In this document: positions 25,510 to 36,747 of the stretch, piece after piece
Layout: each line of letters starts with the position of its first letter
Numbering within the stretch: position 1 is the stretch's first letter
Source: the human T2T-CHM13v2.0 reference genome, Homo sapiens
DNA: 64,000 nucleotides
Reading direction: 5' to 3' (one strand)
Assembly (NCBI RefSeq): GCF_009914755.1
Contig: NC_060937.1
Position numbers and translations under genes: made by a program
Notes under the pieces: model-generated
Databases searched by the model: none
What the model saw: the letters and a program-made list of their open reading frames with translations, nothing else
What the model was told of the DNA's origin: nothing

Positions 25510-25983
25510 TGTGTTCATTTTTTAATGCAGCCATAAAAAATGGCCACAAATATAGTGTCTTAGCGCAACACAAATTTATTACCTTAGAATTCTGTGGATC
25601 AGAAGCCCCACGTAGATTTAAGGTGTCAGTAGGGTGCATTTCGTTCTGAAGATTCTTGGAAAGGAGAATTTGGTCCCTGCCTCTTCCAGCTTCTGGAGTC
25701 CACATATTTTCCTTTGCTTGTGGCCCCTTTCTCCATTTCAAAAATCTGTTGCTTTGGGCCATATCCTTCTCATACTGCCATATCTCTGGTCCTCTCTTCC
25801 ACCTTTATGTTCTCTTGTGATTACATTGGACTGAATATAATCATGCTAAGGTCAGCTGATTAGCAACTTTAATTTCATCTATATATCCTTATTTCCTCTT
25901 TGCCATTTAATGTAACATATTAGTAGGTTTCAAGCATTAGAATATGGAACTTTTTGAGGGGCCATTATTCTGCAAATGACACC
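25510..25983 (-). mobile_element. MaLR LTR, MLT1D-like
   Basis: caacacaaatttatt...aaggtcagctgattagcaactttaatttcatct...ggggccattattctgc. Confidence 0.85.
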
Positions 25984-27551
25984 AAGACACATGGGTCTGC
26001 AAATGACACATTATTCTGCAAATGACACCAAGACACCAAGACACATTTCCCAAATACTTATCTCAGAATTTTTGAGACCTGGGAATTTTGGGTGTTTAAA
26101 GCACAGAAACGCTTTTATCTCACATGTTGAGATACCGTAAGAAACTTAGGCTGTGGTACTTTTTTCTGAATTATCAGTTACCACCTTTCCATCTGCCTTC
26201 TATCTTCCAGAAATGTATTGTTATCTCCCTGCTACTAATTGTCCTAGTTTTATAAATGTGCTTGGTTTAAATTGCCTATGTTCTTTTGAAATCAATTTAA
26301 TGTGGTCTCTTAGAAAGGAGGAGATTAATATATGTAGTGAGGCAGCTATCGTAATTCCAAACATTGCAATGTTTAATATATTTTATGTGATTTATTCTTT
26401 TTCTTATTTATTTATAAACATCTATTATTTTTTAATTGACTAAATTATATATATCATATACAACATGTTTTGTAGTATGTTTACATTACAAAATTGCTAC
26501 ATATAGCCAATTAACATATACATTACCTCATATACTTTTTGGTAGCAAGAACACTTAAAATCTCTTTTCTTAGCAATTTTCAAGAACTCAAGGCATTGTT
26601 ATTAACTATAGACCCATGTTGTACAAAACATCTCTTGAACTTATTCCTTCTAGCTAACTGAAATTTTGTATCCTTTGATTAACATCACACCAACACCTAT
26701 CCGCGCCCCCATCCGCAGCCCCTGGGCACCATCATTCTATTGTCTAATTCTATGAGTTCAACTTTTTTAGATTCCAAATATAAATGATACCATGTGGTCT
26801 TTGTCTTTCTGTGCCTGGTTTATTTAACTTAACATAATGTCTTTCAGGTTCACTATGTGTCACAAATGACGTTTCCTCTTTTTTAAAAAGGTTGAATCAT
26901 ATTCCATTGATAAAATATACCATATTTTATTTATTCATTTATTAATGAACAATTATGTTGATTCTATATCATAGCTAGTGTGAATAATGTTGCAACTAAC
27001 ATGGGAGTGCAAATATCTTTTGATATACTGATAGCGTTTTTTTTGGATATATACCCAGTAGTGGGGTGGAATGATATGATAGTCCTATTTTAAAATTTAA
27101 AAAAAAAAACTTCCATTCTGCTTTCCATTATGTCTATAATAATTTGCATTCCCACCAACAGTATACAAAGGGTCCCTTTTCCCCCTTATCTTTGCCAATG
27201 TTCGTTATTTCTTGATATTTTGATCCTAAAGATTATGAGGTGATATCACATCTTTGTTTTGAATGCATTTCCCTGATGATTAATGATATCGAGCAACTTT
27301 TTATATACTTGTTGGCCATTTTTGTATCTTCTCTGGAGAAATGTCTCTTTAGGGTCTTTGCCCATTTGTTAATTAGTTATTTGTCTTTCTGAGTTGTACA
27401 AATTCTTTATAAATTTTAGGTATTAACCCTTTTTCAGATATGTGGTTTACAAATATTTTCCAAATCCCTAGCTTCCATTTTATTTTGTTGTTTCTTTTGC
27501 TTTGAAGTAACTTTTTTAGTTTGGTGTTTTATTTTTTATAGCATTGCTTAT

Positions 27552-28216
27552 TGGTATGGTTTGGCTGTATCCCCACCCAAATCCCAAATTCCATCTTGAA
27601 TTGCAGTTCCCATAATCCCCACATATTATGGCAGGGACCTGGTGGGAGGTAATTGAATCATGGGGGTGGTTACCCCCATGCTGTTGGTTTTTTTTCCAAC
27701 ACTATCATTTCTTTCTTTTTTTTTTATTTTATTATACTTTAGGTTCTAGGGTACATGTGCACAATGTGCAGGTTTGTTACGTATGTATACATGTGCCATG
27801 TTGGTTTGGTGCACCCATTAACTTGTCATTTACATTAGGTATATCTCCTAATGCTATCCCTCCCCCCTCTCCCCACCCCACGACAGGCCCTGGTGTGTGA
27901 TGTTCCCCTTCCTGTGTCCAGGTGTTCTCATTCAATTCCCACCTATGAGTGAGAACATGCCCCATGCTGTTTTTACGATAGTGGGTGAGTTCTCATGAGA
28001 TCTGTTCGTTTTATGAGGGGCTTTTCCCCCTTTGCTCAGCACATCTTTCTCCTGCTGCCACGTGAAGGAGGACGTGTTTGCTTCCCCTTCCACCATTATT
28101 GTAAATTTCCTGAGGTCTCCCTAGCCCTGAAGAACTTTGAGTCAATTAAAACTCTTTCTGTTATAAATTACAGTCTCGGGTATTCCTTCATAGCAGCGTG
28201 AGAACGGACTAATACG
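27552..28216 (+). mobile_element. THE1C/D-like solo LTR, interrupted by L1PA
   Basis: tggtatggtttggctgtatccccacccaaatc...agcagcgtgagaacggactaatacg, with a near-perfect TSD cttat/tttat. Confidence 0.9.
27686..27959 (-). mobile_element. 5'-truncated L1PA5-like insertion
   Basis: ttatactttaggttctagggtacatgtgcac...cccacctatgagtgagaacatg, with TSD ccccatgctgtt at 27674-27685 and 27960-27971. Confidence 0.92.
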
Positions 28217-28629
28217 TTTATGTAGCCTGAGCTTTTGGTATGCTATCAAAATAAAAAGAAAATCATTGCCAAGGCTGCTGACAAGGAATTTTTCTCTGTG
28301 TTCTCATATAAACGTTTTATGATTTCGGGTTTTACATTTAGATCTTTTGTCCATTTTAGCTTTTTTTGTGTTTGTATAATAAATGGGTCCAATTTTACTT
28401 GTTTCCAGGTGGAAATCCAGTTTTCCCAGAACCATGTATTGAAGAGACTATTTTTTACCTACTGTAACCTCTTATTGCTCTTTTCAAAAGTTACTTGACC
28501 ATATAAGTTTGGATTCATTTCTGTGGTCTCTATTACATTCTACTGGTCTATGTGTTTGTAAGGGAAATAGATTATTTGAAATCAAATTTGAGCAACCATT
28601 AAATGTGTTTTCTTCTTCTTTGTGTTTCT

Positions 28630-29385
28630 TTTAGTATTTAAGCTTTTCATTTCTAAGTAATTACACATGCATAAGAAGTTGCAGAAAAACAATACAGAGG
28701 CCCCGTGTCCCCTTCATTCACTGAAGAGGGTGAAAGTCCCACCTTTCCACTAACCTCCCTGCACCACCACCACAGACGGCAGCGGAATTTTCTCATTAAC
28801 TCCAGGTGGTGGTAGAAGTCCAAGAACCAAGTGCCTCTGAAGACACTACAAGGTTGGGGGTGGGGTAGGAGATGTTATTTTTTGGTGTTGGTGAAATTTC
28901 TAGTTTTCCAATAACCCCCTTCTCACACTATCTGAGGAAGGAATGAGACAGGCACCTCTTATAGTCAGGCAAAGATGGAAGTATTCACTTTCCACTCAGC
29001 CTTTGCTGATGTGTGTATAGATGGAGACACAGGTTTTTCTCATGGCTAGGGTAGGAGTAGAGCAGTATCATTATTGAAAAATTTCACCTCTTGCTAGGAT
29101 CTTCCTTTTCTGGCTCTTTATCTAGTGAGGATAAGCTTTTCTTTTTTCTTGGTGTGACCCTTTGCTGTTTCTAGGTTGTAAGTTTCCCCGGTATCCAGTC
29201 CAGTTAAAATGAACTAAAAAGAAACCCCACTGGAACTCACTTCATGTAATTCTTCTGGTGCAAGGTCTATAGCTGGTCTGCCTTCTCCTCTCCAAGTTTT
29301 TATGTTGTGTTTTACAATTTTAGCTGTACATAGCATGAAGAATACTGAGAAGCATGTCTATTACATCTTTCCTAAAACTTGAAAT
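28630..29385 (-). mobile_element. old L1 (L1MC/L1MD-type): ~90 bp of 3' end joined to probable 5' UTR
   Basis: agaagttgcagaaaaacaatacagaggccccgtgtccccttca (3' end), followed by tandem-motif 5'UTR-like sequence ending gaagaatactgagaagcatgtctattacatctttcc. Confidence 0.55.
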
Positions 29386-30240
29386 CTGTTCCCCTTTTTA
29401 AAGCATGTTTAGTATGCAAAAATTAACTTTAAAAATGTTAACTAAGTTCAAGTGAATATTTACTTTAAAATAAAATTATTCACTTTGCATAGTAATTCAC
29501 TTTGGAATTTCAATAATGTCTCTCAAGTATAATACATGGTACAATTCCTTTGAATGTAAAAAGTTACAGGACTTTTCAGGTAGACAACGTTCTATAAAAG
29601 GATACATATTTGTATTGAAAATTTTAAGACTGGCACTGGGAAGATGATTTTAGATACTGTCTTTATTTATTTTTCTTTGAATTTGTATTAATAGTAGAAA
29701 TTCACAAGTGCCTCACATTCATCACAGTGTTCTTTGTGCTTTGATCTATAGTTGTAAACCTTCCCAGGCACTGAAGGCAATGTTGTTTACTCAACATAAA
29801 AAAGTAAGGGTCACAGCTTTGCTTGCATTTTCAGCCTGAATATGCTGAGAATATTCTTATAAGATTCTTGGATCATTATTACATCCCTTATGCACATAGC
29901 TGTTACACTAAATTTAATTTGAACTTTGGTTTCAATTATGCAAAAATCCCTGAGTCTGTAGTTAAGCCAGCATAGTCTGAGTGAGTGTAGAGATAAAACC
30001 CATTATTGGAAAAAATACATTCTTACTATTAAAAGGTCACAATGTTCCCAGACTCCAGAAAAGGGTGAGAACAATACTTGTCTTTCCCCATGAAATGCTA
30101 TTTGTCCAGCTTTGATGGTTATGCCAGGCCAGAGCCCCCTCTTCCATTTTCTTCTTCTGTCTTCTTTGCTTTAGTATTTTATCTTCTCTGCCCTGACCCA
30201 GACTCCTAACTTCAATAATTTGAGGGCCTTGTAATCTTCA

Positions 30241-30344
30241 TCACCATTTTGACTTCAGGTTGGAAGACTGACAGCAGTTATTATTCTGATTCATTTTGGA
30301 GGACTTCACCATTTTGGTTTCATCTTGGAGCACTGACAGCAGTT
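30241..30344. repeat. imperfect 39-bp direct repeat, period 65
   Basis: 30241-30279 and 30306-30344 are 33/39 identical. Confidence 0.8.
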
Positions 30345-30778
30345 TTCCACTAAGCCCCACTCTGTGCCATTTCAACTTCGAGGTTCTTTAAGGTAGAGCT
30401 TTTAAAAATAAATAAATGTTTATCATGTATACAATCTAATGTCCTTGCTATATATAAAATATATATATATAATATTTTAAATGTTGAGCACACTGATAGC
30501 AAAATTGACGAATCATGCTCTCGGAGTCTTTGTCTTTACACCTCTCAAAGTCAAGCAGAAACAGAAAAAAAGATGAGGTGGAATAAAAATCTTGCTTTGC
30601 CATATGAGGTTTAAAATATTTAACTTAATCTTAAATTTACTTCCCTCACAAGTAGCTTGAAAGATTAGAAATAGGATTTTCAATGTCAGTAAAAATTAAG
30701 CATGCTGATATTATATTTATATTTCTGATTATTTTATGTATGTAAACACATATATTGTAAATACACAATATATAAATA

Positions 30779-33025
30779 CTGTTGACCCTTGAATAACATG
30801 AGTTTGAGCTGCACAGTTTCACTTATACATAGATTTTTTTTTCAATAAATATATTGGACAATATTTTGAAAACTTGCAACATTTTGAAAAAAATTTCAGA
30901 CAAACTGCACAAAATATAATTTATCAATACAGTTTAGGAAAAGTTAGGTAGGTCATGAATACATAAAATATATGTAGATACTAGTCAATTTTATTCTTTA
31001 CTACCATGAAATACACACAAACTTATTATAAAAAGTCAAAATTTATACGAAACTTACAGACCATACATGGCACCATTCACAAGGAAGAGAAGTGAAAACA
31101 AACATAAAGATCCAATATTAAAACATAATGGCATAAAAGTATAGTACATTCTGTCCTACTGTAATGATTTTGTAGCCACCTTCTGTTGCTATTTTTATGA
31201 GTTTGTGTTGCAAGCATCCACTAACAACATAGTGTGGATCTAATCATCTTCAGGTGAACAGTTCATCTCTTCAATAAATTGTGTATTCAAGTAAAAGGTA
31301 TTCTCTCACAGTTCTCATGTTATTTTTCACTGTGCTTAGTGCAATATCATAGACCTTAAATAACACAGGGGACCTATAGGCAGTGCCACCTTTGATGCTG
31401 GAAGTGCTCCAAAGAAGCATAGAAAAGCCATGGCATTACAAGAAAAAGTTGAATTGCTTGGTACCTTCCAAAGATTGAGGTCTGCAGCTGCAGTTGTCCA
31501 TCATTTCAAATAAATGAAACTAGTGTAAGCACCATTGTCAATGTAAGAAAAAAAAAAATGCTGCAGCTATGTTAGCAGGGACAGAAACTTTGCACTTTTC
31601 ATGAAATACATTTTTTATCTCATACACTTAAGATAGTATAGAAAAATGACACTCTTATATTAGCATAGGATTGTTTTAAGGAAAACATACCAATGGATTG
31701 TAATATCATTCAAGAAGAAAACTAAACCATTATATGGAACTTAAATCAAAAGGAAGATGAAGTATCAAAGCTGGATAATTTATTGCCAGCAAAGGATGGT
31801 TTGATAATTTTAGAAAAAAGGGTTTGGCCTAAAAATGTCAAGGTAATAGGAGAAGCAGTTTCTGTCAACCAAAAGGCAGCAGATGAGTTCCCAGATACCA
31901 TAAAAGAAATCATTGAAAAGAAGAGGTATCTGCCTGAACAGGTTTTTAACGCAGATGAAAGTGCCCTATCAGGGGTCATAAGGACCTTTAAGGCTCATTA
32001 CGCATGATGCTTTATGGAAATAATTTTCAACTCTATGGAAGAGAACCCTGATAGAACATCTGGAAGGATTACACTGTTAAATTTGGAATCATTGTTACAG
32101 AAAAGCAATGAAAGCCATCAAGCTTGAAACAACAAATTGCTGCTGGAGAAAACTGCATCCAGAAAACTGTGCACGACATCACAGGATTTCTGACAGAGCC
32201 AATCTAGGACATAATAAAAGAGATTGTGGATATAGCAAAAAAGGTGAAGAATGGAGGATTTCAAGATAGGATACTTGGAGAAATTCAAGAGTTAACAGAC
32301 ACTACACAAAAGGAATTAACAGAAGATTACTTGATAGAGATGAGTGTTTCCAAACTAGTGCCAGATGATGATGATAGGAAGATGTAAAAGAAGCAATGCC
32401 AGAAAACAAGTTGACTTTTGAGAGTCTGTCAAAAGGTTTCCAATTATACAAGACTGCTTTTGACTTCTCTTATTACAAGGAGCCTTCTTTGATATGGCAC
32501 TGAAACTAAAGCACGTGGTGGAAGAAAGATTTTTACCACATAGGAACATTTTTAGAGAAATTAAAAAGCAAAAAAGTCAGAAATTATAATGTATTTTAAT
32601 AAAGTTGGGTCGACTATGCCTACTTCTTCTGACTTCCCTTCTATCTCCTCCAAAAATCTGCCTTTCCTACCCATGAGATAGCAAGACCAGCCACTCCACT
32701 TCCTCCACCTCAGCCTACTCAATGTTAAGATGATAAGAATTAAGAAATTATGACGACCTACTTCCACTTAATAAATAGTAAATTTATATTCCTTATAATT
32801 TTATTAATGGTTTTATTTTCTTTAGCTCAATTTACTGTTCGAATACAGTGTATAATGCATATAACATTTAAAAGATATGTTAATCAAATGTTTATGTTAT
32901 TGGTAAGGCTTCTGGTAAACAGTAGGTTATTAGTTAAGTTTTTCAGGAGTCAAAAATTATACACAGATTTTTGCCTTTGTGGGAGATCAGCACCCTTAAT
33001 ACCCACATTGTTCAAGGGTCAACTG
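30779..33025 (+). mobile_element. Tigger2 (TcMar-pogo) DNA transposon, both TIRs, internally deleted
   Basis: TIRs ctgttgacccttgaataa...ttgttcaagggtcaactg with TA TSD on both sides, plus transposase remnants. Confidence 0.92.
31430..32600 (+). pseudogene. decayed Tigger2 transposase (CENP-B/pogo family)
   Basis: MALQEKVELL (HTH region) and KNVKVIGEAVSVNQKAADEFPDTIKEIIEKKRYLPEQVFNADESAL followed by GVIRTFKAHY, with multiple stops and frameshifts. Confidence 0.85.
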
Positions 33026-34599
33026 TAATACATAACACATATAAATATATATATTATATATAGCATAATCCAATACTCAAAACTGATAACCAGGAAAATG
33101 TACTTTTTCTGAGAAATTAATCTTTTATTAAATAGAAAATATATTGTGTTTTCATTCGTGACTCCTTTTTGTGAGGTCATAATATAATCCAAAATAAGGT
33201 CCATGTGGAAGTGGAACCAGAAATAAAAAATATTTGAATAGCTCGATGAGCATTGAAATATGACACCCAGAAAATATGGTGACAGACAATAGCTGGATGT
33301 GGAGTGTAGAAAGCAGTCAAGAAGGCAACAGATGATATAGTAAAATTTGGGTAGATTTGGGTGGATGACCAGAAGACTGAAAGATACAATATAGGGAAGT
33401 TAAAGCAGACTGTTGTGACAGAAAAACAATAGCTGAAGGTGTCATTCCTACCATGGTCATTTAAATTGTAGCAGTGCATTTAAAGCAGGTGTGATGATTC
33501 ATGTGGCAATAGACCACATGAATAAATAGGCCACATGAATAATAAAATCACCCGGGTAACCACATCAAACATACTCCTACACTCTAGGGAACATATGGGG
33601 AAGGAATCTGATGGACAGTAGATCCCTAGAGATGTTATACAGTAGGCTTGTGGAAAGAACAGAGGATTATCTTGTTCAAGACAGAATTAATCCTTTATAG
33701 TTTGGCTTTTCTGCACAACAAGAACACTATTTAGCTACTATGTATAAGTAGTTAAATTTCATTTCTTTGGCTTATGATAACCTTAAGCATGGTGGTTTTC
33801 ATAATTCTAATTCAGTATTTTTAACATTATTAAAATTATTATCACAGTTATGATTGTGCATCCCACTTCATCTTTTTTATCCTGATACCTACTTGCTGAC
33901 CTCAAGTTTCAATTTTTTTTTATAAAACTAGGTTTCTTCTTTCTTCTGGTTCTCTATGTTTCTATTTGGATAATGAGTCCCTTGCATCATTTTGTCTTCT
34001 AACTAGAACCTTAAACAGATCTTGTCATGGAAATCTTCGATAGTTTCTCACTGTTATCAGAGAGTACATCCTCATAATTCTGTGTTTCTACAATTCTAAG
34101 AGTCATCAACCTCACTAGTCTCCGTTATTTTTTTCTATTTAACTCCAGCAATTTCCTCCCCTTGATACTGAATCACTGATGTCTTGCTGGAATATAACCT
34201 GCTTGATACCACCAAGTAAATACCATGAGCTTACTGATTAACTCAAATTTCCAATAAGTCCCTATGCATGTCATATCTCAATGTCTAGGTCAAGTTCATA
34301 AAGAGTACATATTTTTTTCTGCCAAATTCCCCTTGATTTGTGTAGGCTTGGTTACAGCTTCTGGTTTTAGCAGGCAGTTATAGCTTCTGGAATGCAGATT
34401 TTAAAATATCCTCTCTGGGATATGTTATGTTTGGATTAATTCCTTTTTCAGATGCCATTCTTGAAATCTATAAAAAAGCTAATCCAGAGACGACTGATTT
34501 TATCTATTATGGTACTCCAGTATTTGTCATGCAGAGGAAGTGTGACCATGAGCTTGCTCACATCTTGACTTTCACCGTATTATTTTATTTGTGGTTTTT

Positions 34600-34633
34600 G
34601 GTTGTTCTTTGTTGTTGTTGTTGTTGTTGTTAT
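34600..34633. repeat. (TTG)n microsatellite
   Basis: gttgttgttgttgttgttgtt. Confidence 0.85.
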
Positions 34634-34776
34634 TGAGTAACTGGATGAGGGTTGAGGACTTCTATGAAGATCTAGAAATGGCTATCTTCTTTTTTTCAGA
34701 TAAAACTGGATGTGCGAGTTCAAAGGTCTACATTTTGCAATACGAGGTAGGATATTAGTGTTAACTTTGTTACCAA

Positions 34777-34778
<2 letters not shown>

Positions 34779-34808
<30 letters not shown>

Positions 34809-34896
34809 TGTTTGTTTGTTTGTTTTTGAGAAACAGTCTCGCCCTGTCGCCCAGGCTGGAGTGCAGTGGGAAGATCTTGGCTCACTGCAAGCTTCA
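34779..34896 (-). mobile_element. heavily 5'-truncated Alu (AluY-like diagnostic) with (CAAAA/CAAA)n tail
   Basis: Tail, then gagaaacagtctcgccctgtcgcccaggctggagtgcagtgg...ctcactgcaagct. Confidence 0.85.
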
Positions 34897-34913
34897 ACTA
34901 AGGCAAATTTTAC

Positions 34914-35193
34914 TTTTTCGTTTTTGAGACAGGGTTTTACTCCATTGTCCAGGCTGGAGTGCAGTGGTGGATTATGACTCACTGAAGCCTCAATTTTCTG
35001 GGCTCAAGTAATCCTCTCACCTCCGCCTCCCAAGTAGCTGGGACCACAGGCGTGTGTCACCACCGCTGACTATTTTTTGCATTTTTTGCAGAGATGGGGT
35101 TCACCATTTGCCAAGGCTAGTCTCGAACTCTTCGGCTCAAGCAATCTGCCCACTCCACTTTCCAAAATGGTGGGATTACAGGTGTAAATTACC
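34914..35193 (-). mobile_element. AluJb-like
   Basis: J diagnostics (ctgggctcaagtaatcctc), with TSD ctaaggcaaatttt (34898) / ctaaggcatatttt (35194). Confidence 0.9.
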
Positions 35194-35899
35194 CTAAGGC
35201 ATATTTTTCAATCAAGCTTTTACTTCAGCTTTGCTGTTGGTCTAAAATTATTGTTCTTTATCTTGATATGCTCTTGTTTGAGAACCCTTGTAGGGGATGA
35301 ATCCTATTTGGCACATAAACCCCCAAACGAAGTAATCTTTAGCAAGACTGCTATATGCAGAACACAGCTCTGTGATTGATAGTAATGACACTCAGCAAGT
35401 AAGAAGTCAAAATGCAGATATAAAAAGTAGCATTTACTAGTATTGGGGTTGATATTTTTGATAGAAGAATGTATCAGAGGCCAAGATTCTAACCAATTTT
35501 TTTTCTGAATTAAATTTCAGAGAACAGCTGAATTGAACTAGGGAGACATGAATTTGTCATGAATAAATCTTGCAGAAGGACTGTATTCAAACTATGGAGA
35601 TATGATATACAGTGAATATATTTGTGGTTAGCAAAATGATGTTACAGTTTTATGATAATAAATTTCTTATAAAAAAGAAAGAGTTCTAATTTATTGTATT
35701 ATCTTTAGTATCTTGCACAGTTCTGGCATGAATTAGATATTAAAACTTTCTACTCCAAATTAAGCAATACCTTATTAGAAAATGTTAGTCAATACTTATC
35801 GATATGTATGCCCCAAACATTTTGCAAAGTATGGGAAATACAAATTTTAAAAGTCATTGTCTTTGCCTAAGGTCTTTCCATTTTATGAGGGAATAGCAG

Positions 35900-36130
35900 C
35901 AAGAATGGAGAAGGAAGTGTGGACAGTGTTGAATAAAAGTGATATAGAAGTGGAAGAAAAGTATAAGGAATAGAAAATGTACACGAAGCAAGAAATAACA
36001 ACATAATGAAGAGAAGAAAAAGGAAAGAAGCATAGTAGTGAATACTGAAGAGGCGAGAGGATGATGCAAAAGAATGATAAATAGATGCAAGTGGAGAAGC
36101 AAGGCAGAAAGGAAAAATAGAGAAAGCATT
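35900..36130. repeat. GA-rich low-complexity tract
   Basis: strong purine skew with no stable unit. Confidence 0.55.
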
Positions 36131-36701
36131 AACAGCAAACTAGACCAGAAAGGAGGACCAAAGGGGACAGGACTACAGCAAAATATTTCTATATCTGCTA
36201 TAATTAATTAATTACAATAGATGATATATGCTTTTACTCTAATAGGTTTAGTAGTAACTGATTTGAAATTATTAATATGTATAGTTTTGAGATTTCTTTT
36301 AGAAATATTAAACTAGTGGCAGGAAATGAATAAATGACCACTATGTAGAAAAATAATTGTTAAAACTTAAAAGGATAAATTCTTGACAGAAACCTGCTAC
36401 AATAACAATCGCTACCTTATGTAACAAACACAGAACTTCCATTAGCTCCAATTTAAATCAAACTGACAGGCTTCACTAAGAATTTGTTATGAACACTAAA
36501 TGTTCTTGTAAAATTATGTAAGAAATAAATCTTCTATTATGAAATAACAGTCATATTCCTGAAATAAAATATAGATACCAGGTTGTTTTACCCACTCCAC
36601 CCCATTGGAGATTGACAATTAATTATAAAATATGCATACGTGTGCAATAATGCAATTAGTACCTATAAGCATATTACTCTTTTTCTATCTCTCACATAGG
36701 T

Positions 36702-36747
36702 GCACACGCACACACACACACACACAACCATTCATGCACACACACAG
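36702..36747. repeat. interrupted (CA)n microsatellite
   Basis: gcacacgcacacacacacacacaacca...cacacacaca. Confidence 0.8.

Larger units (their letters stand above)
26426..28560 (-). mobile_element. L1MA5-8-like element (3' UTR + ORF2 end), interrupted by THE1 at 27552-28216
   Basis: 3' UTR motifs (aagaacacttaaaatctc, tctcttgaacttattcct) and antisense ORF2 continue on both sides of the LTR. Confidence 0.85.

Noticed and set aside
25963-26047. Repeat-spacer-like pattern resembling a CRISPR array
   Set aside because: The context is eukaryotic, spacing is irregular, the spacers are themselves local copies, and there are no cas genes.
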